From positions 1 through 57,271 of the IMG/VR virus record IMGVR_UViG_3300045918_000348: 57,271 nt of DNA. One strand, 5' to 3'. The position numbers and the translations under genes were made by a program. Shown here one piece after another: positions 52,964-57,271 of the stretch. The DNA is from a virus. The notes beneath the pieces were generated by a model. That model saw nothing but the letters and a program-made list of their open reading frames with translations, was not told the DNA's origin and ran no database searches. The stretch's first letter is position 1. The number at the start of each line of letters is the position of its first letter.

Positions 52964-53728
52964 TTAAATTGATTCATCTGATTCTGGGATACGGCCTACT
53001 GGACCTCTAATTAGAGGGCAACCACTGAAAGGTACTTTAATTAAGAATGGACCAACTTGCATTGATTGTGTTACGGTAGACTTAAATAGTTCTTCAGTAC
53101 ATACAAATGAGGCTATCTTATCAGCAGCATGTTGGTCGATTGCGGCTTGACCAAACATCCATAATTCGTTTGCAACTTTTGCTTTATATTCAGGCAAACT
53201 TAGTTGGAGCCTCTTAGCATTTGTTTGCTCCATTGAAGTGACAATTGATTTTATCCAGGCCAAACGACTTTCAAGTTCGCCATCATTAAGTTGCCCATCA
53301 ATTTGTGCAGCAGCGCGATGGAACATTAAAGTTGCGGTGTCAATCATTAAGCGTTCACCTTCAAGGGATTCAACAATTGCACTTCCCATGGATGCAGCAA
53401 AGATGGTGATTGTTTTAACATTTGGTACAGTTTTTGCCGTACTTATAAATGAGAGACCAGCGTCGATGGACCCACCTGGAGTGTCTAGGACTATGTAAAT
53501 TGGATAATTTTTTTGGCCCCTCTTATTGTTCAGTGTTATAAGGTCAATTGAGGCTTGAGACATTGACTCTTCCGACACTACTCCACGGATAACTACTGTA
53601 TTGTCTACACTAAGTTGTATAGAGTCGCTAGTTGCTTGAGCTACTTCACTGTCTCCAGAGAAGCCAATAAAAAATACTACAACTAGAAGTACTGCATATA
53701 ATGCTACGCTTAATCGTTTGATTGTCAT
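52964..53728 (-). CDS. membrane-anchored ClpP/S49-like serine peptidase
   Basis: N-terminal TM LSVALYAVLLVVVFFIGF. VLDTPGGSIDAG, FAASMGSAIV (candidate Ser) and LMFHRAA (candidate His), as in the ClpP/SppA superfamily. Confidence 0.6.
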   Translation of the reverse strand: MTIKRLSVALYAVLLVVVFFIGFSGDSEVAQATSDSIQLSVDNTVVIRGVVSEESMSQASIDLITLNNKRGQKNYPIYIVLDTPGGSIDAGLSFISTAKTVPNVKTITIFAASMGSAIVESLEGERLMIDTATLMFHRAAAQIDGQLNDGELESRLAWIKSIVTSMEQTNAKRLQLSLPEYKAKVANELWMFGQAAIDQHAADKIASFVCTEELFKSTVTQSMQVGPFLIKVPFSGCPLIRGPVGRIPESDESI

Positions 53729-53982
53729 TTTGAAATTTCCTTTTCTTTGTTTTGTATTTTTAATTCTTCTAATTTTTCTGCAGGAATAAGGGAGCTTAAT
53801 TTATTTGCTAGTTGCACAAGCGCAATGTTTGCTGATTGTTGTTCTGCAGAATAGTAAAGCTGGTCTTTAATTATGCGTAAAAGTTCTGACTTAGACATCG
53901 ACCTTAAAGTACGTTTCATCTCAGCCCATTTAACTTCTACTTGACTAATTGCACTTTCAGTTAAATTTTCATTTTCTTTCAT
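53725..53982 (-). CDS. coiled-coil protein (85 aa)
   Basis: ATGA-type overlap with the neighbouring genes. Confidence 0.55.
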   Translation of the reverse strand: MKENENLTESAISQVEVKWAEMKRTLRSMSKSELLRIIKDQLYYSAEQQSANIALVQLANKLSSLIPAEKLEELKIQNKEKEISK

Positions 53983-54487
53983 TGGGCACAGCCTTTCCTA
54001 GGTTGAGCATACTTTCAAGTTCTTTTCTATATGCAGGGATAAGTGCTATGTATGGTGAATATACCAAACGGTATTTATTAATTAACTTTACTGACATCTT
54101 AGTTGCGTGTGTGTATAAAGTAGCCACGTCTGCTGAATGATTAAATACATTTAACAAAGATGAGCCAACTCCTAAGTTGCGGTAAATTTGTTTCACGTAA
54201 GTAAAGTGTATTACGAGGATGCCTTCAACTTCTTCGGCGCAAATGAAGCCATACAGTTCATCTACTTGCAGGTCATTGCAGGCCACATAAACTTGACACG
54301 ACTTTAGTAGTCGCTCAATTACTTTGTGGTGCTCATTGTAGTATATGGTTGTGGTAATGTTAGATGCAAATACTGAGTCACGGTAACTTTTTAACCAGCT
54401 TGAAAAGATAAATGGAATATCATTCTCAGTTGCTTTGCGGATACGTACTTGCGGGGGTGTTCGCTTTTTTGGCTCAATTGGGTCCAC
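53969..54487 (-). CDS. GNAT-like acetyltransferase
   Basis: IRKATENDIPFIFSSW ... VKQIYRNLGVGSSLLN (R/QxxGxG/A-like). GTG start behind AAGGAGCC. Confidence 0.5.
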   Translation of the reverse strand: MDPIEPKKRTPPQVRIRKATENDIPFIFSSWLKSYRDSVFASNITTTIYYNEHHKVIERLLKSCQVYVACNDLQVDELYGFICAEEVEGILVIHFTYVKQIYRNLGVGSSLLNVFNHSADVATLYTHATKMSVKLINKYRLVYSPYIALIPAYRKELESMLNLGKAVPNERK

Positions 54488-54595
54488 TTTTAGGCTCCTT
54501 TTCTTGTTTTTAGGTATGTTTTAGTTGGGGCCACTTTTAGGCTCCTTTTCTTGTTTTTAGGTATGTTTTAGTTGGGGCCACTTTTAGGCTCCTTC
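54484..54595. repeat. 47-bp tandem repeat, 2.4 copies
   Basis: The unit CCACTTTTAGGCTCCTTTTCTTGTTTTTAGGTATGTTTTAGTTGGGG begins at 54484, 54531 and 54578. On the minus strand each copy carries AAGGAGCCTAAAAGTGG. Confidence 0.9.
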
Positions 54596-54912
54596 TTTTT
54601 TTTCTTTGTGGTTGTGCTTTTAATTTCGTTTTGGTCTAAGGTATCTGGGGTCTCAGGTTCACTAACAGCATCGTCAGGATTTTGAGTATTGTCTATAAGT
54701 TCTTCAGTATAACCTTCTACCCAGCTAGTTGAGATTTTAACTTCAAGAACAAGGTTCATTGCATCTTCATCGAACTGGACACCATCATATGGGTCGTATA
54801 GGTCCATTAAAGGGATACGTACAATCATGTCGCCTACCTTGCCCTCCAAGATGGCCTTAGTAACTGCTAGGTCAAAAACTGCGTGGGCGGTGGATGTTGC
54901 TTGTCCAGTCAC
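54568..54912 (-). CDS. acidic protein with a Lys-rich tail (114 aa)
   Basis: ORF whose 3' end lies in the third copy of the 47-bp repeat. Confidence 0.55.
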   Translation of the reverse strand: MTGQATSTAHAVFDLAVTKAILEGKVGDMIVRIPLMDLYDPYDGVQFDEDAMNLVLEVKISTSWVEGYTEELIDNTQNPDDAVSEPETPDTLDQNEIKSTTTKKKKKEPKSGPN

Positions 54913-55007
54913 TTGTAGGCTCCTTTAATTGCTTGGCGTCCAGTTGTCTGGGATTTCAGGATAACTGGAAGGGTAGATATTTCTTGCAGGATAGATTGGC
55001 CTTGGTT

Positions 55008-55034
55008 CCAGTTGGCCGCGAAATTTTTTGCGGG
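55008..55034 (+). promoter_or_regulatory. CCAGTKGGCCC box (copy g), plus orientation inside the minus-strand block
   Basis: GGCCTTGGTTCCAGTTGGCCGCGAAATTTTTTGCGGGG. It shares the extended left flank of copy f. Confidence 0.45.
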
Positions 55035-55035
55035 G

Positions 55036-55236
55036 TTACTTAATGCCATCGGGACCTTTAGCTTTCCATGCAGCTTGGGACTCAGCCACTTTAACGTGGG
55101 CAGCATATTCATTTATGACTTTGATGGCCTGGTGGATTTCTGCCAAGCGTTCGTCTATCTTGATACGGTTAACTGTTAGGTGCCCCAACTCTTGACACAA
55201 AATGGCATACTGTTTGTTAAGTTCTTGGCTAGTCAA
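55036..55236 (-). CDS. hypothetical coiled-coil protein (66 aa)
   Basis: GGGAGGTAGCC SD-like sequence upstream. Confidence 0.55.
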   Translation of the reverse strand: MTSQELNKQYAILCQELGHLTVNRIKIDERLAEIHQAIKVINEYAAHVKVAESQAAWKAKGPDGIK

Positions 55237-55260
55237 AGGCTACCTCCCATTGGTAAAGCT

Positions 55261-55281
55261 AAAATTTTCTGGGCCCACTGG
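55261..55281 (-). promoter_or_regulatory. CCAGTKGGCCC box (copy h, minus orientation)
   Basis: The reverse complement reads CCAGTGGGCCCAGAAAATTTT, just upstream of 55036..55236. Confidence 0.45.
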
Positions 55282-55333
55282 AATCGACGCAAATTAAAAT
55301 GAAGCTTAAACTGCAGCTTAAAACGAAGCTTAA

Positions 55334-55687
55334 TCATTTGGAAGCTCCTTTAGCCAACTTCTTCTTTTGCTGCAGGTTAGTTGTAAGGGCTAATAAGTCT
55401 TCATCTGAAAGTTCATCTAAATTCATTGCCGCGTCTTCTGCACGCTGCTCACGGGCTAATTCGGTAAGGCTTCTTACGTAGCCTTGTAGTGTTTTAGCGT
55501 CATGCTGGTTGAGTGGTTTATTATCCTGGCCAGATTTAAATTTAAGTTTGATTATCTCGGCACTTATAACGGACATAGCATCTTGCAGCAAAGCATGAGG
55601 AGTAGGGGCAATGGTGATGGTGCCTGTAGAATAGGTATGGAGCTGGGGGACGATTATACGTCGTTTGGGTAACTGTTCGTCTGACAT
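55334..55687 (-). CDS. hypothetical protein (117 aa), first gene of the late block
   Basis: ORF with a GAGGC SD-like sequence upstream. It could be a small terminase subunit, but nothing supports that. Confidence 0.6.
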   Translation of the reverse strand: MSDEQLPKRRIIVPQLHTYSTGTITIAPTPHALLQDAMSVISAEIIKLKFKSGQDNKPLNQHDAKTLQGYVRSLTELAREQRAEDAAMNLDELSDEDLLALTTNLQQKKKLAKGASK

Positions 55688-55760
55688 GGAGCCTCTTAGT
55701 GTCGTTTTCGTTGCTTACGTTGCTGATAAGGGACTTTTGTTTAGGGTCCTTTTAGGTTCC

Positions 55761-55800
55761 TGTTAAGGACTGTTAGGTAATTGTTAAGTAACTGTTAGGT
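55761..55800. promoter_or_regulatory. four phased direct repeats TGTTARGK (spacing 10, 11, 11 bp)
   Basis: TGTTAAGG at 55761, TGTTAGGT at 55771, TGTTAAGT at 55782 and TGTTAGGT at 55793. They lie 74-113 bp upstream of the late-operon start codon. Confidence 0.6.
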
Positions 55801-55850
55801 GGCCTAAAATTGCAACAGTTGTTGATGTCGCCGTTGCCGATAATCTGAAC

Positions 55851-55941
55851 TGCAGGACTACGGGGCTGAAAACTTTCCCATAAAACACTGTGCCTGTGTC
55901 GGACACATTTTTTAAAAATATATAATAAGTAAATAAAGAGG
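55851..55941 (-). promoter_or_regulatory. 91-bp regulatory cassette, copy B (inverted partner of 6908..6998), with palindrome TGTGTC-G-GACACA at 55895..55907
   Basis: The reverse complement aligns with 6908..6998 at roughly 80% identity, including two perfect blocks of 35 and 23 nt. Confidence 0.7.
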
Positions 55942-56260
55942 ATAGAAGAGGAGCGCCTTGTGTCTCAAGTGTAGCCTCAACAGTGTGTCTCAAACGCAAA
56001 AATACTATAGGAATTGACTACTTTTTGGTGAAATGACTAAGGAAAAACGCCTCGGGAAGACACACACAGTGTTTGTGGGGAAGTTTTGGCGTCTATGAAA
56101 CCGCCAACCTATTAATTTTGTTGATGAAAATTTTCAGTCACTTTTTCAGTTTTTCAATTTCCTCTAGTTTTGAGGCGTTTTTTAGGGAAATGAGACACCA
56201 AACTAAATTTTATGGTCTAAATTCAATAGGGAATTTTATAGGTTTTATTTATTAATATTG

Positions 56261-56289
56261 TTGACATGTCTTGTGTCTTATGGTAGACT
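56261..56289 (+). promoter_or_regulatory. sigma70-like promoter (TTGACA, 17 nt, TAGACT) with a TGTGTCT site in the spacer
   Basis: -35 at 56261..56266, -10 at 56284..56289, 17-nt spacer containing CTTGTGTCTTA. Confidence 0.55.
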
Positions 56290-56345
56290 TATAGTGTACC
56301 CTAACTATGGGGTAACTTAACGATAACCTTTAGGAGGGGTAAAGT

Positions 56346-56471
56346 ATGTTTCTGATTGTTCTACTTACAACTATCATACCAGCTATTACGGTAATGGTTG
56401 GTATGTACCTTATGTCTGCAGAAAAGGCTAATAGTAAGGATACCGCTTTAAACGAACAGGAAGGAGTCTAG
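56346..56471 (+). CDS. putative 41-aa membrane peptide
   Basis: AGGAGGGG SD upstream. Hydrophobic FLIVLLTTIIPAITVMVGMYLM. The stop lies next to the following ATG. Confidence 0.45.
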   Translation: MFLIVLLTTIIPAITVMVGMYLMSAEKANSKDTALNEQEGV

Positions 56472-56472
56472 A

Positions 56473-56829
56473 ATGGGCGCTAATAGAAAACCCAAGGACC
56501 CAACAGCCCGATGGCTCAAACGACCGTCTAGGGCTAAGCCAAAGCCTGTAGATAAGTTTAAATACCTTCCAGAGATTCTTACGGACATAGAAAAGGAAGC
56601 ATTAGCCCACTTCATACAAAACAATAGTTATACTTATGTGGCTGAGATGATAGGTAGGTCTATCCACACAGTTACAACTTATATCATGCCAAGTATACGA
56701 AAGAAGGTAAAGAAGCCCACAAAGAAAGCATTATATTTATGGGCACTGGAGTTGGCATATATCCAGAAGTTGACGATTGATAAGAATATACTTATAAAAG
56801 GATTAGGTCCAACTTTTGGAGAATCATGA
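56473..56829 (+). CDS. putative LuxR/GerE-type (sigma70 region 4-like) HTH regulator
   Basis: TDIEKEALAHFIQNNSYTYVAEMIGRSIHTVTTYIMPSIRKKV resembles the GerE HTH pattern. GAAGGAG SD upstream. Confidence 0.5.
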   Translation: MGANRKPKDPTARWLKRPSRAKPKPVDKFKYLPEILTDIEKEALAHFIQNNSYTYVAEMIGRSIHTVTTYIMPSIRKKVKKPTKKALYLWALELAYIQKLTIDKNILIKGLGPTFGES

Positions 56830-56841
56830 GGGGCCTTGGTT

Positions 56842-56871
56842 CCAGTTGGCCCTGAAAAAATTTTTTGTGGG
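56842..56871 (+). promoter_or_regulatory. CCAGTKGGCCC box (copy f)
   Basis: CCAGTTGGCCCTGAAAAAATTTTTTGTGGGG, directly after the regulator gene. Confidence 0.5.
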
Positions 56872-56980
56872 GTCCGTTTTTAGGCCACCCCCTAAAATTT
56901 GGAACAGCTATTATAATGTATAAAGTGGATATGAAAACCCCTTACACCCACCACCCCGTCTCAATATGAGGCATCCTCCT

Positions 56981-57112
56981 TGGCACGCTTCTTGCACTCT
57001 CTGCAATTAACGTACCAATTAGGTTGGCATGCTTCTTGCTTACGTTCCTAGTACGAGCCTGAGTGGCACGCTTCTTGCACTCTCTGCAATTAACGTACCA
57101 ATTAGGTTGGCA
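56981..57112. repeat. two 49-bp direct repeats (56981..57029 and 57064..57112), degenerate relatives of the terminal 26-mer
   Basis: TGGCACGCTTCTTGCACTCTCTGCAATTAACGTACCAATTAGGTTGGCA occurs twice. GGCAYGCTTCTTGC occurs four times. Confidence 0.9.
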
Positions 57113-57144
57113 CGCTTCTTGCATTTGCAATTATGATGCCAATA

Positions 57145-57271
57145 GGTTACCTGCAAGGTTCATGCCAATAGGTTACCTGCAAGGTTCATGCCAATAGGTT
57201 ACCTGCAAGGTTCATGCCAATAGGTTACCTGCAAGGTTCATGCCAATAGGTTACCTGCAAGGTTCATGCCA
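57145..57271. repeat. Right terminal repeat, identical to 1..127
   Basis: Direct reading. Confidence 0.95.

Noticed and set aside
54909-55112. 67-aa minus-strand ORF (or a 46-aa version from the ATG at 55049) between two late genes.
   Set aside because: Its body is the reverse complement of regulatory box g, which is clearly non-coding at its other locations. It also overlaps 55036..55236 by 77 nt. It is possibly real in its short form, but unsupported.
55784-55999. 71-aa minus-strand ORF in the divergent control region, and plus-strand ORFs at 55299..55481 and 56073..56255.
   Set aside because: 55784..55999 and 56073..56255 lie over repeats, palindromes and the cassette, lack SD sequences and sit between well-supported operons. 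55299..55481 is antisense to the gene at 55334..55687.
56942-57130. 62-aa minus-strand ORF near the right end.
   Set aside because: It consists almost entirely of the 49-bp direct repeats, has no SD, and is oriented against the neighbouring plus-strand unit.

Overview
The window looks like one complete dsDNA tailed-phage genome (Caudoviricetes). It is AT-rich, roughly 38-40% G+C by eye, and uses strong AAGGAG-type Shine-Dalgarno sites. The first and last 127 bp are identical and consist of 26-bp tandem repeats, so the contig is either terminally redundant or a circular assembly closed on a 127-nt overlap. There are three transcription blocks. (1) A plus-strand early/middle block runs from about 150 to 22295. 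It holds many small ORFs, a minimal SET-domain protein, a secreted lytic transglycosylase, an SF3 helicase, an AEP-like primase, a RecE-like nuclease, an HNH endonuclease, a family A DNA polymerase, an ASCH/DUF3850 protein and others. (2) A minus-strand late block runs from 55687 down to 22255. It holds a large terminase with a mini-intein, portal, scaffold, major capsid, two decoration-like paralogs (one carrying an ice-binding-like DUF3494 domain), large virion proteins, three fibre cassettes, an M15 peptidase, lysis candidates and RusA. (3) A short plus-strand regulatory unit sits at 56261-56829. I recognised no tape measure, tube or sheath, so the virion may be podovirus-like, but that is inference. 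I recognised no integrase, tRNA, CRISPR array or phage RNA polymerase. The most unusual items are these. (a) Three paralogous minigenes with a conserved leader (MRRPQKQKWS) followed by perfect (X-Ser)n dipeptide repeats, built on GC-rich GGTCGN hexamer arrays; the last one overlaps by ATGA the start of a secreted subtilisin-like protease. (b) About 10-fold over-representation of the palindrome CTGCAG across the genome, and about 30-fold for CCTGCAGG. (c) Several repeated regulatory elements: five AACCGATAAG promoter modules, eight CCAGTKGGCCC boxes, a 91-bp cassette present in inverted copies upstream of the replication and late operons, TGTGTC/GACACA palindromes and phased TGTTARG repeats. 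All functional calls rest on motif recognition by eye. No database search was run.
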